From Firmicutes bacterium UBA6811 (lineage in GTDB: Bacteria; Bacillota; SHA-98; UBA4971), in assembly GCA_002452295.1 (NCBI GenBank), contig DKEX01000001.1, positions 29 through 64,028 of the forward strand: DNA of 64,000 nucleotides. Reading direction: 5' to 3'. A program made the translations under genes and the position numbers. Shown one piece after another: positions 1 to 9,544 of the stretch. The first letter of the stretch is position 1. The number at the start of each line of letters is the position of its first letter. Under the pieces are notes generated by a model. It was not told the origin of the DNA. It worked only from the letters and a program-made list of their open reading frames with translations, and searched no databases.

Positions 1-1835
1 GGACGCCCAAACCCATCGCCGAGCTGGAGCATGACATGCCCGAGGTATACAGGCAGCTTGTCGGCATCTTCGAGAGGCTGGAGCAGCACTACCGCGACAT
101 GCAGGACGTGGAGTTCACCATACAGGAGGGCAAGCTCTTCATGCTGCAGACCCGCGCCGGCAAGCGTACCGCCGCGGCTGCCGTGAAGATCGCCGTGGAC
201 ATGGTGAAGGAGGGCCTCATAACGAAGGAGGAGGCCGTCATGCGTGTGGAGCCTGCGCAGCTTGACACGCTCCTGCACAAGATGATCGACCCCAGGGCGA
301 AGGTCGAGGTCATCGCCACGGGCGTTGCGGCATCGCCCGGCGCCGCGGTGGGCGCCGTCGTGTTCACCGCCGACGAGGCCGCGGAGCACGGTGCGGCAGG
401 GGAGAAGGTCATCCTTGTGAGGAAAGAGACCTCGCCCGATGACATCCACGGGATGGCGGCGGCCCAGGGCATCCTGACCAGCCGGGGCGGCAAGACCAGC
501 CACGCCGCGGTCGTGGCGCGGGGCATGGGCACGCCTGCTGTCACGGGTTGCGAGGCCATCACCGTCGCCGAGGCCGAGAGGCTGCTTCGCGTGGGAGATG
601 TGGTTGTAAAGGAAGGCGACGTGATAACCCTGGACGGGACGCACGGCAGGGTCATCCTCGGCGAGGCGCCCCTCGTGGATCCGACCATCGGCGGCGACTT
701 CGCAACGCTCATGGAGTGGACGGACGAGATCAAGGCGCTCGGGGTCAGGGCTAACGCGGACACGCCACACGACGCCGAGACGGCGCTCGAGTTCGGGGCG
801 AAGGGCATCGGCCTCTGCCGGACGGAGCACATGTTCTTTGGCGAGGAGCGGGTGCCGGTGGTGCAGGAGATGATCCTGGCCGAGACCACCGAGGCGAGAC
901 GCGGTGCGCTCGACCGGCTGCTTCCGTTCCAGGTGGAGGACTTCCGGGGCATTCTCAAGGCCATGGCCGGGTACCCGGTGATCATCAGGCTCCTCGACCC
1001 GCCGCTCCACGAGTTCCTACCAAGCCACGAGGAGCTCCTGGTCGAGGTGACGAAGATGAGGCTGCAGGGAGCGGAGCCGGAGGAGCTGAAGAAGAAGGAA
1101 GCGCTGCTTGCCAGGGTCGATAAGCTCCGCGAGCTCAACCCCATGCTTGGCCACAGGGGATGCAGGCTTGGCATAACCTACCCCGAGATCAACGAGATGC
1201 AGGCGAGGGCCATATTCGAGGCCGCCTGCCAGCTCACGAAGGAAGGGTACAAGGTCTTCCCCGAGGTCATGATCCCTGTGGTCGGGCACGTCAGGGAGAT
1301 CGAAATAGCCCGCGAGGTGGTGGAGTGGGTCGCGAAGGAGACCATGGAGAAGTATGGCGTGAAGCTGGATTACATGGTCGGCACCATGATCGAGCTTCCG
1401 AGGGCGGCCCTCACCGCCGACGAGATCGCGAAGGAGGCCCAGTTCTTCTCGTTCGGCACCAACGACCTCACCCAGACGACCTTCGGGTTCTCGCGCGACG
1501 ACGCCGAGGGCAAGTTCCTGCCGTACTACCTCGAGCACAATATCCTCGAGCACAACCCGTTCGAGGTGCTCGATCGCAGGGGCGTCGGCGAGCTCATCAA
1601 GATCGCCGTGGAGCGCGGCAGGCGTACCAGGCCGGATCTCGAGGTCGGCATATGCGGCGAGCACGGCGGTGACCCGTCGTCAGTCGAGTTCTGCCACGAG
1701 GCCGGCCTCGACTACGTGAGCTGCTCGCCGTTCCGCGTGCCCATCGCAAGACTCGCGGCGGCGCAGGCGCAGATCAGGAACCCCAGGAAGGGCAAGGCGA
1801 AGGCCGGTCATGTGGAGGAGTACACCACCGCCTGA
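1..1835 (+). CDS. ppdK: Pyruvate, phosphate dikinase, 3' portion. The gene starts upstream of the window.
   Basis: PEP-utilising-enzyme phospho-His motif GGKTSHAAVVARGMG and a C-terminal TIM-barrel PEP/pyruvate domain (CRTEHMFF, NDLTQ). The ORF is open to the window edge. Confidence 0.85.
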   Translation, partial: TPKPIAELEHDMPEVYRQLVGIFERLEQHYRDMQDVEFTIQEGKLFMLQTRAGKRTAAAAVKIAVDMVKEGLITKEEAVMRVEPAQLDTLLHKMIDPRAKVEVIATGVAASPGAAVGAVVFTADEAAEHGAAGEKVILVRKETSPDDIHGMAAAQGILTSRGGKTSHAAVVARGMGTPAVTGCEAITVAEAERLLRVGDVVVKEGDVITLDGTHGRVILGEAPLVDPTIGGDFATLMEWTDEIKALGVRANADTPHDAETALEFGAKGIGLCRTEHMFFGEERVPVVQEMILAETTEARRGALDRLLPFQVEDFRGILKAMAGYPVIIRLLDPPLHEFLPSHEELLVEVTKMRLQGAEPEELKKKEALLARVDKLRELNPMLGHRGCRLGITYPEINEMQARAIFEAACQLTKEGYKVFPEVMIPVVGHVREIEIAREVVEWVAKETMEKYGVKLDYMVGTMIELPRAALTADEIAKEAQFFSFGTNDLTQTTFGFSRDDAEGKFLPYYLEHNILEHNPFEVLDRRGVGELIKIAVERGRRTRPDLEVGICGEHGGDPSSVEFCHEAGLDYVSCSPFRVPIARLAAAQAQIRNPRKGKAKAGHVEEYTTA

Positions 1836-1942
1836 GCGCTGCCTGAGAGGGGGTGTCCGGCGCCCGCTGCCGGGCGCGCCAGGTGACCCGGAGCGGAGCG
1901 GGGCGGGGTGAACGCTGAACGGAGCGAGTGAGGATGACACGT

Positions 1943-1976
1943 GGTGCCCCCGCGGCCATCGAGGCACGGGGGCACC
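1943..1976 (+). terminator. GC-rich hairpin downstream of ppdK (10-bp perfect stem GGTGCCCCCG/CGGGGGCACC, 14-nt loop) with a weak U-tract.
   Basis: Inverted repeat read directly from the sequence, followed by gtcgtccgt. Confidence 0.4.
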
Positions 1977-2364
1977 GTCGTCCGTGGGGGCGGCAGCTCG
2001 CCTGCGCGGCCGTCACCCGGCGACTGCATTCATCCACCGTCGAACGGGATTGAATTTTCAGGCATATACTGGTCTAAGTATGTTATACTATGATATATGC
2101 GAACACGCGATCCGGTTGGCAAGAGCCTCGTGGCGAAATGTTATGCCGAAGGCAGGATCTTGCCAAATCCCGTCGAATGGTGTATGCCGGTTCTCGTGTG
2201 GATTGGAGCGGCGATGGGCCTGGTAGCCGCAGAGGTGCCCAGACTCTGGTCAGCGGCTTTCTTTTGCCGGACGGGTCTGGCAAAAGAGGAAAAACGCCCG
2301 TAGTGGCGAAAGAGGAACTACGATGAGCGTGCTTCGCTGACTTGTGGTAAGGAGAACTGGCGCA

Positions 2365-4332
2365 ATGCGCGGCTACAATGAAGACGTGCTCGGAGAGGTC
2401 CGCGCAAAGAGCGACATCGTCGAGGTGATTTCGGAGTACGTCGCGCTGAAGCAGGCGGGTAAGACCTACAAGGGCCTGTGCCCGTTCCACTCGGAGAAGA
2501 CGCCGTCATTCGTGGTATCGCCGGAGAAGCAGCTCTTCCATTGCTTCGGGTGCGGTGCGGGCGGCGACGTTTTTAGCTTCGTCATGAAGGCGGAGAACCT
2601 GGGTTTTGCCGAGGCGGCAAGGCTCCTCGCGGACAGGGCCGGCATCTCCATCAGGGAGGAGTCGGAGGAGGCGCACGAGGCGCGGGAGAGGCGCAGGGCT
2701 CTGTACGAGGCGAACGAGGCTGCGTGCGAGTATTACCAGCACGTGCTCACGGAGAGCCCCGAGGCCAGCGAGGCGCGGGCCTATGTCAGACGGCGCGGGC
2801 TTTCAGAGCAGACCGTCAGGAAGTTCAGGCTCGGGTACGCCCTTCCGTCCTGGGACGCCCTCTTGAAGGCTCTCACGAAGAAGGGGGTGCCAAGGGAGGC
2901 GCTCTTCGACGCCGGGCTCGTGGCGCAGGGCAAAGAGCCTGACAGCGGCTACGACAGGTTCAGGGCGAGGCTTGTGTTCCCTATCTGCGATACCTCGGGC
3001 AGAGTGATGGGGTTCGGGGGGCGTGTGCTCGACGACTCGGTGCCGAAGTACCTGAACTCACCGGAGACCGCGGTATTCAAGAAGGGCAGAAACCTGTACG
3101 GGTTGCACCTTGCCAAGGACGCCATCCGCAGGGACTCGGCGGCCGTCATAGTTGAAGGATACATGGACGCCATCACCGCGCACCAGCACGGGTTCGACCA
3201 CGTGGTCGCCTCGCTCGGCACTGCGCTCACCGAGGAGCAGGCGAGGGCCCTGCGCTGCTATGCGTCGCAGGTCGTGATAGCATATGACGCCGACGCGGCA
3301 GGCGCGGCGGCGACGGTGCGGGGCATGGAGATCCTGGCAGCGGCGAGGCTCGACGTCAGGGTGGCGAGCCTGCCCGCCGGGGAAGATCCGGACTCGACCC
3401 TCAGAAGGGGCGGCAGGGAAGCCCTCCTTCAGGTGCTGCGGGCCGCGAGGCCTTTAGTTGATTACAAGCTGCACCTTGCCATCTCCAGCTCCGACTGCAC
3501 CACAACCGAGGGAAAGGTCAGCGCGGCGCGCGGGGCGGCCAGGGTGCTTGCGACCATAAGGAGCGCCGTTGAGCGCAGCGAGTACACCCGTAAGGTCGCA
3601 TCAGAGATCGGGGTGGAGCCCGGGGCCCTGGCGAGGGATGTCGAGGCCCTTGTGATGGCGGCCAGGCCCGCAGGTCCGCCTGGGCAGCGGGCGCCCGGGG
3701 ATAGAAACGCTGCAAGCAGACATACTAAGTCCGAGGATGATATTGCCAGATCAGGCGAGATGATGAAAGTCCTGGAAGCCGAGAAGATGCTTCTCAGGCT
3801 GATGGCCGAGAGCGGCGAGGTCCAGAGAGCCGTGCTCGGGGAGGTAGGGCCTGACGGCTTTCATGACCCGAGGCACCGGGAGATAGTGCGGGCCATAGCG
3901 GCCCAGGCGGCCGGGCTCGGGCGCGGGGCCGGAGCCGAGGCCAGGGCCAAGGCTGGGGACGAGGACGGGGATGAGGACGGGGATGAGGGCGAACGTGAGG
4001 GTGAGGCCGGGGCGGGGGTCGGCGAGGGTTCTACGGTGGATCCCTCGAAGGTCATAGGCGCGCTTGACGGCGAGGAAGTTCGCCGGTACGCCGCCGGCAT
4101 CTTCGTGGGACAGGCCGGCGAGACGCGCGGCGACCCTGCGAAGATGGCCCAGGATTGCCTGGGTGTGTTGCGGGAACACAGACTGAGGGCGAGGATTCGC
4201 GAGATCGAAAAGGAGCTTGCGTCCCTCGGTAGCACAGGAGAGATGGAGCGATCAAGGGATCTGCTGGCAGAACTGGGGAGCCTCCGGGCGAGGCTCTCAA
4301 AGGAGTTCCAGCCGTTTTCGGGAACCGGGTGA
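2365..4332 (+). CDS. dnaG: DNA primase DnaG.
   Basis: CHC2 zinc finger CPFHSEKTPSFVVSPEKQLFHCFGCGAGGD and Toprim motif EGYMDAI. ATG at 2365 is preceded by AAGGAG. Directly upstream of sigA, as in the conserved dnaG-sigA operon. Confidence 0.9.
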   Translation: MRGYNEDVLGEVRAKSDIVEVISEYVALKQAGKTYKGLCPFHSEKTPSFVVSPEKQLFHCFGCGAGGDVFSFVMKAENLGFAEAARLLADRAGISIREESEEAHEARERRRALYEANEAACEYYQHVLTESPEASEARAYVRRRGLSEQTVRKFRLGYALPSWDALLKALTKKGVPREALFDAGLVAQGKEPDSGYDRFRARLVFPICDTSGRVMGFGGRVLDDSVPKYLNSPETAVFKKGRNLYGLHLAKDAIRRDSAAVIVEGYMDAITAHQHGFDHVVASLGTALTEEQARALRCYASQVVIAYDADAAGAAATVRGMEILAAARLDVRVASLPAGEDPDSTLRRGGREALLQVLRAARPLVDYKLHLAISSSDCTTTEGKVSAARGAARVLATIRSAVERSEYTRKVASEIGVEPGALARDVEALVMAARPAGPPGQRAPGDRNAASRHTKSEDDIARSGEMMKVLEAEKMLLRLMAESGEVQRAVLGEVGPDGFHDPRHREIVRAIAAQAAGLGRGAGAEARAKAGDEDGDEDGDEGEREGEAGAGVGEGSTVDPSKVIGALDGEEVRRYAAGIFVGQAGETRGDPAKMAQDCLGVLREHRLRARIREIEKELASLGSTGEMERSRDLLAELGSLRARLSKEFQPFSGTG

Positions 4333-4437
4333 GCATCGCGAGCCCGAGGCCCGTAGATGCGCGCAGGGGCGAGCGCACGCCTGAGAGACACGACCGGCAC
4401 AACCGGCGAATCCGGCGGCTGGCGACGGAAAGGAGGG

Positions 4438-5580
4438 ATGATGATGACGAAGCCTGGGCAGCCTGACGCACCCGAAGTGAGGGATCTCATCGAACGCGGA
4501 AGGAAGAGGGGGACGCTTACCTACAGGGAGATAATGGATGCCCTCCAGAACGTGGAGCTCTCTCCCGAGCAGATAGACGACATATATGAGGCCTTCGGTC
4601 AGATGGGCATAGACGTCGTGCCTGAGCCGGGGGATGGAGAGGCCGAGGATGTGCCCGATGAGACCGCACGCCAGGAAGGGCACGACGGCCCCGATGGGGA
4701 CGTGGCTGTGCACGAGGACGTCGAAATCGATCTCTCCATTCCGGAAGGCATCAGCGTGGACGACCCGGTCAGGATGTACCTCAAGGAGATCGGAAGGGTC
4801 TCGCTTCTCACTGCGGAGGAAGAGGTCGAGCTGGCAAAGCGTATCGAGAAAGGTGACGAACAGGCCAAGCGCAGGCTCGCCGAGGCGAACCTTCGACTCG
4901 TGGTCAGCATCGCCAAGCGTTACGTCGGTCGCGGTATGCTTTTCCTCGATCTCATACAGGAGGGAAACCTTGGTCTTCTGAAGGCGGTCGAGAAGTTCGA
5001 CTACAGAAAGGGATACAAGTTCAGCACCTACGCGACCTGGTGGATCCGGCAGGCGATAACTCGCGCCATCGCCGACCAGGCGAGGACCATACGGATCCCG
5101 GTCCACATGGTTGAAACCATCAACAAGCTAGTGCGGGTTCAAAGGCAGCTCGTGCAGGAGTACGGCCGGGAGCCCACCATTGAAGAGACAGCCAGGGCCA
5201 TGGACATGAGCGAGGACAAGGTCAGGGAGATCATGAAGGTGGCCCAGGAGCCTGTGTCCCTCGAGACGCCCATCGGCGAGGAAGAGGACAGCCATCTCGG
5301 CGACTTCATCGAGGACGAGGACGTGCTGGCTCCTGCGGACGCGGTGTCGTTCCACCTGCTCAAGGAGCAACTCGAGGGCGTGCTCGACACGCTCACTCCC
5401 AGGGAGGAAAAGGTGCTCCGGCTGCGCTTCGGCCTCGACGACGGCCGGTCTCGCACTCTCGAGGAGGTCGGTCAGGTATTCGGGGTCACTCGCGAGAGAA
5501 TACGCCAGATTGAGGCAAAGGCGCTGAGGAAACTCCGGCACCCGAGCCGGAGTAAGAAGCTCAAGGACTACCTGGAATAG
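4438..5580 (+). CDS. sigA: Primary RNA polymerase sigma factor (sigma-70/SigA).
   Basis: Regions 1.2-4 are conserved ([43 protein letters not shown]). Three ATG codons at 4438-4446 follow AAGGAGGG; 4444 is the likeliest start. Confidence 0.9.
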   Translation: MMMTKPGQPDAPEVRDLIERGRKRGTLTYREIMDALQNVELSPEQIDDIYEAFGQMGIDVVPEPGDGEAEDVPDETARQEGHDGPDGDVAVHEDVEIDLSIPEGISVDDPVRMYLKEIGRVSLLTAEEEVELAKRIEKGDEQAKRRLAEANLRLVVSIAKRYVGRGMLFLDLIQEGNLGLLKAVEKFDYRKGYKFSTYATWWIRQAITRAIADQARTIRIPVHMVETINKLVRVQRQLVQEYGREPTIEETARAMDMSEDKVREIMKVAQEPVSLETPIGEEEDSHLGDFIEDEDVLAPADAVSFHLLKEQLEGVLDTLTPREEKVLRLRFGLDDGRSRTLEEVGQVFGVTRERIRQIEAKALRKLRHPSRSKKLKDYLE

Positions 5581-5626
5581 GCCCAAAGCCCGGTAGAGGC
5601 GGCGCGAGTTTGTCGGCGCCTGCCTC

Positions 5627-5655
5627 TTGACCGGGTGCGGGCATGCATATATAAT
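5627..5655 (+). promoter_or_regulatory. Canonical sigma-A promoter TTGACC-17-TATAAT driving the tRNA-Asn/tRNA-Met pair.
   Basis: -35 TTGACC at 5627-5632, a 17-nt spacer, and -10 TATAAT at 5650-5655, about 24 nt upstream of the first tRNA. Confidence 0.55.
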
Positions 5656-5678
5656 AGATGGTGCAAATCAGGTTTTGT

Positions 5679-5753
5679 TCCCTGGTAGCTCAATGGTAGA
5701 GCGGCCGGCTGTTAACCGGTAGGTTGCAGGTTCGAGTCCTGCCCAGGGAGCCA
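5679..5753 (+). tRNA. tRNA-Asn (anticodon GTT).
   Basis: Cloverleaf folded by hand. Acceptor stem TCCCTGG/CCAGGGA, anticodon loop CTGTTAA, T-loop GGTTCGAGTCC, 3' CCA encoded. Confidence 0.85.
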
Positions 5754-5760
5754 CTCATTC

Positions 5761-5835
5761 GGGCCTATAGCTCAGCGGTAGAGCAACCGGCTCATAACCG
5801 GTCGGTCCCTGGTTCGATCCCAGGTGGGCCCACCA
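5761..5835 (+). tRNA. tRNA-Met (anticodon CAT). It is an elongator type, or possibly Ile-lysidine; the G1-C72 pair rules out an initiator.
   Basis: Acceptor stem GGGCCTA/TGGGCCC, anticodon loop CTCATAA, T-loop GGTTCGATCC, CCA encoded. Confidence 0.8.
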
Positions 5836-5843
5836 GGATCTTT

Positions 5844-5866
5844 AAGCGGGCGGAGATTGCCCGCTT
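5844..5866 (+). terminator. Rho-independent terminator after the tRNA pair (stem AAGCGGGC/GCCCGCTT, loop GGAGATT, then a T-rich tail).
   Basis: Hairpin plus TTATTCATCT read from the sequence. Confidence 0.55.
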
Positions 5867-6157
5867 TATTCATCTACATCCATCTACGTTGTTATTGGGC
5901 GGGCATTTCTCGAGGAGATGCCCTCGTCTTGTATCGTAGGCCCCGGGGCGGAGCGCGGCGACCGCGTCGCGACGAAGGGTGATGCGGGTGGCCGGCCCGG
6001 TACGTGCAGGAACTGAAAGCCCGGTGTAGAAATAACTATAGTAACGGAGAAGGAAGCCCGTGCCTGCCGGGGCCTTGTGCGGCGGCCAGGATGCTCCGGC
6101 ATCGGGGCTTTTAGGCCCGCCAGAACGGCAGACCGGAGGAGAAAGGGGCCCAGAAGG

Positions 6158-6340
6158 ATGGTCGTAAAGTGCGAGATCTGCGGCAAGGTCATCCCAAAGG
6201 CGAGGCTCGAGATTCTGCCGACCACGAAACGATGCGTTGATTGTGCGAAGAAGAACGGCACAGACGTGCACGCCAAGCGCACCGAGGTGGGCATGGATAT
6301 CGACACCTACAAGGATCTCCTGGGGGCGATAAGAAGCTAG
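6158..6340 (+). CDS. Small C4 zinc-finger protein (DksA/TraR C4-type-like), about 60 aa.
   Basis: MVVKCEICGKVIP...RCVDCAKK gives CxxC-N14-CxxC. ATG at 6158 has the RBS GGAGGAGAAAGGGG. The longer 6077 start lacks an RBS. Confidence 0.45.
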   Translation: MVVKCEICGKVIPKARLEILPTTKRCVDCAKKNGTDVHAKRTEVGMDIDTYKDLLGAIRS

Positions 6341-6398
6341 AGTATCCTGGCGCAGGCGGTCGCTCCCTCGAGGCTGATACAATAGCGCGAAGGGAATA

Positions 6399-7118
6399 AT
6401 GCCAATGACCGAGATACAGTCGCTCCTCGAGCTCCAGGGGCTGGACATGCAGAGACTGGAGCTGGAAAAGACGCTCGCGGGGCTGCCTGTCCAGAAAGAG
6501 ATAGACGATCTCGAAGCCGCTCTTGCTGTGCTGCGCGCGAGCCTCGACACGACGAACGCGGGGCTTGCGCGCGCTCGTAAGAACCAGAAAGAGGCGGAAT
6601 GGAGCCTGAAGGACATAGCGGCGGCCATCGAGACCGTTTCCACGAAACTGTACGGCGGCGCGGTGACAAACCCGAGAGAGATCGAGGGTATGCAGGGCAA
6701 ACTGAGGATGCTGGAGGCGAACAAGACCCGGCTCGAGGACCAGATCATCAGCCACATGGAGGAGATCGAGACCCTCGAGTCCCAGGCACAGGCGGCAAGC
6801 GCGGAAATCACCGAGAAGTCATCGAGGCTGGAAGGTCTGGAAAGCGTGCGCGACGCGAGGGTGTCGGAGATTACGTGCAGGATGTCGGAGAACGCGGAGA
6901 AGCGGGACAATCTTGCATCAACGATCCCCGGCTCGCTTCTGGCCAAGTACGAACAGTTGCTGAAGGACAAGGGAGGCCTCGCGGTCGTGCCCGTCCGGGG
7001 TGGGATATGCGGCGGGTGCCATGTGGCCTTGCCGACCTTCCTTGTGACCCTGGCGAGGCCCAATGACTCTGTGGTCAGGTGCGAGAGCTGCGGCAGGATC
7101 CTCTGCTGGGTCGGCTGA
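6399..7118 (+). CDS. COG1579-family zinc-ribbon/coiled-coil protein.
   Basis: Long coiled-coil region followed by a C-terminal zinc ribbon GGICGGCHVALP...VVRCESCGRIL. Sits upstream of an RNase H-like gene, the usual neighbourhood for this family. Confidence 0.6.
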   Translation: MPMTEIQSLLELQGLDMQRLELEKTLAGLPVQKEIDDLEAALAVLRASLDTTNAGLARARKNQKEAEWSLKDIAAAIETVSTKLYGGAVTNPREIEGMQGKLRMLEANKTRLEDQIISHMEEIETLESQAQAASAEITEKSSRLEGLESVRDARVSEITCRMSENAEKRDNLASTIPGSLLAKYEQLLKDKGGLAVVPVRGGICGGCHVALPTFLVTLARPNDSVVRCESCGRILCWVG

Positions 7119-7157
7119 TCGCCGTGGACCTCGCGGGCGAAGACGTTACATGGCGAC

Positions 7158-7637
7158 ATGGTGGGTGACCGTTTGCAGGTTGACGGGGTTGGCGAAATCA
7201 TCATATATAGCGATGGCGCGTCAAGGGGCAACCCTGGCCCGGCGGGGATCGGCGCGGTACTGCTGGATGAGGGATCGCAGGTGGTGGCCGAGATAAGCCG
7301 GGGGATCGGCATCGCTACGAATAACGAGGCCGAGTACCTGGCGCTCGCCGAGGCGCTTGAGCGTGCGAAGGAGCTCGGGGCGCAAAGAGTGCGGGTGTAC
7401 GTGGATAGCGAGCTTGTGGCGAGGCAGCTCACCGGGAAGTACGCCGTGAGGTCCAGCAGGCTGATGCCGCTCGTGGCGAGAGTGCAGAGGCTGAGGCGCG
7501 CGTTCGAGTCGTGCCCGGTGACCCACGTGCGACGGCGCATGAACGCGCGGGCGGATGAGCTTGCGAACAGGGGAATCGACGCTCCAGTGCTGGCGGGTCG
7601 GCGGTTTTCCGAAGTTGACAGTAGTGGGCGGCCGTGA
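7158..7637 (+). CDS. rnhA: Ribonuclease HI-like protein (RNase H type 1 fold). The start codon is uncertain.
   Basis: IIIYSDGASRGNPGPAGIGAVL...TNNEAEYLALAEALE contains catalytic D and E residues in the RNase H arrangement. Confidence 0.7.
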   Translation: MVGDRLQVDGVGEIIIYSDGASRGNPGPAGIGAVLLDEGSQVVAEISRGIGIATNNEAEYLALAEALERAKELGAQRVRVYVDSELVARQLTGKYAVRSSRLMPLVARVQRLRRAFESCPVTHVRRRMNARADELANRGIDAPVLAGRRFSEVDSSGRP

Positions 7638-7656
7638 TAAAATCCAAAATGGCTTT

Positions 7657-8049
<393 letters not shown>

Positions 8050-8288
8050 GCTTGAGGCGAGCGTCTCTCGGGCGGGGGCGCTCGCTTCCTTTTGTTTGCC
8101 TTGTTCATGTGGCTGGCGTTTGATAGGGCCCCTCCGGCTTTTTTTGCGGCTTCGGTCTCGTACGGAAGGATTCCCCGGGGCGACGGCGAAGTCTACCAGT
8201 GCGTGTTACGAAAGTCTGCAAACGTGCTACGTCATCTGTGGAGGCGAGGGGCGCGGTGCGGGACGGGCAGGAGTGCTGTGGAGGCCTC

Positions 8289-8696
8289 GTGAGGTTCGGG
8301 GTGGCTGTGAACGAGAAGATCCTTGCGGACTTCGACAGGGCCATCGCGGAACAGGGTTACGAGAACAGATCAGAGGCTATCCGCGACCTCATCAGGGCGC
8401 ACCTTGTGGAGCGCGAATGGGATAAGGGGGACGAGGAGGTGGTGGGCACTGTCACGCTCGTGTACGACCACCATGGAAGGGGCCTTGGCGAGTACCTCAC
8501 CGACATCCAGCACGATCACCAACCTCTGGTCGTCTCCACGGTCCACGTCCACCTCGACCACGACAACTGCCTCGAGGTGCTGGTGGTTCGCGGAAAGAGC
8601 AGAGATGTGAGGATGCTCGCCGACCGCCTGACGAGCGTCAAGGGGGTCAAGCACGGCAAGCTCACGACGACCTCCACCGGGAAAGACCTGGTCTGA
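8289..8696 (+). CDS. nikR: Nickel-responsive transcriptional regulator NikR (ribbon-helix-helix plus metal-binding ACT-like domain).
   Basis: [39 protein letters not shown] domain and a His-rich C-terminal domain ([23 protein letters not shown]). GTG at 8289 follows GGAGG. The ORF-track extension from 8199 is probably non-coding. Confidence 0.75.
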   Translation: MRFGVAVNEKILADFDRAIAEQGYENRSEAIRDLIRAHLVEREWDKGDEEVVGTVTLVYDHHGRGLGEYLTDIQHDHQPLVVSTVHVHLDHDNCLEVLVVRGKSRDVRMLADRLTSVKGVKHGKLTTTSTGKDLV

Positions 8697-8813
8697 GACT
8701 CGGGGGCCGCGATAGGCCTTCCCGCGCGCCGGGGTTGGCGGCGGGGGGCGCCTCCGGGCTCTTTGGGGCGGGGTTACGCTCTGGGAAATCCGACATGAAG
8801 GGAGCAGGTAGCA

Positions 8814-9365
8814 GTGCGAAGCCATGTGGTGAGAGAGATAACCTATGGGGCGATCTTCATTGCGCTCGGCATCGTGTTTCCTGTATTCTTCCACGCGGTA
8901 GGCGCGGGCAAGGTGTTTCTTCCCATGCACGTACCGGTTCTTCTGGCCGGCTTCTTCACAGGCCCTGTGACAGGCGCATCTGTCGGCTTTCTTACGCCGA
9001 TGCTCTCCGCCCTTCTTACTGGGATGCCTCCCCTGATGCCGCCCATAGCCCAGGCCATGATGGCGGAGCTTGCGGTGTACGGCCTCCTGAGCGGTCTCCT
9101 GTATAAGGCGCTCAGGCGGAACGTGGTGGTGGCGCTGGTGGGCGCGATGATCGGGGGCCGCCTGGTGTACGGCGTCCTGGCGGCGTACCTCCTGCCCCTT
9201 TTCGGCCTGAACAGGGTGCCGGTGCTCTACCCGCTGACCGGCGGGATCGTGGGTAGCCTGCCCGGCGTCATCCTGCAACTCGTCTTCATCCCCACGGTAG
9301 TCTACCTGGCAGAGAGGACGCTGAAGGCAAGGGCCGCAAGCCCAGCCAGGAAACAGGAAGTGTGA
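8814..9365 (+). CDS. Small polytopic membrane protein, resembling an ECF-transporter S (substrate-capture) component. Substrate unknown.
   Basis: About 6 TM helices in 183 aa, REITYGAIFIALGIVFPVFFH start, GTG at 8814 after GGAGCAGG. Immediately downstream of nikR. Confidence 0.4.
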   Translation: MRSHVVREITYGAIFIALGIVFPVFFHAVGAGKVFLPMHVPVLLAGFFTGPVTGASVGFLTPMLSALLTGMPPLMPPIAQAMMAELAVYGLLSGLLYKALRRNVVVALVGAMIGGRLVYGVLAAYLLPLFGLNRVPVLYPLTGGIVGSLPGVILQLVFIPTVVYLAERTLKARAASPARKQEV

Positions 9366-9395
9366 CGATCTGGTTCAGGCACAGGCTGGTTCGTG

Positions 9396-9450
9396 CCGAG
9401 AGGCGGGGCCTGCCGGCGGACCGGGGTCGCGGTTGCCGGCAGGCCCCTCT
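9396..9450. terminator. Bidirectional GC-rich hairpin between convergent genes (the ECF-S-like gene and leucine dehydrogenase).
   Basis: CGAGAGGCGGGGCCTGCCGGC ... GCCGGCAGGCCCCTCTCG, a near-perfect stem of about 18 bp. Confidence 0.4.
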
Positions 9451-9544
9451 CGTCTCGTGTGCACGTCTCGTGTGATGGTCGGATCAGCCTCGTGAGCAAA
9501 CGCTCGAAGACGATTGTCCCGGGCCCGCAGCCATGCGTTTAAGC

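Noticed and set aside
89-1174. 361-aa minus-strand ORF inside ppdK.
   Set aside because: Antisense to a clearly homologous PPDK coding region. The product is Ser/Arg/Ala-rich low complexity, typical of GC-driven shadow ORFs.
2083-2490. Small ORFs (68-135 aa) on both strands in the ppdK-dnaG spacer.
   Set aside because: No RBS and no homology. They sit in the AT-rich promoter and leader region, which is treated as regulatory instead.
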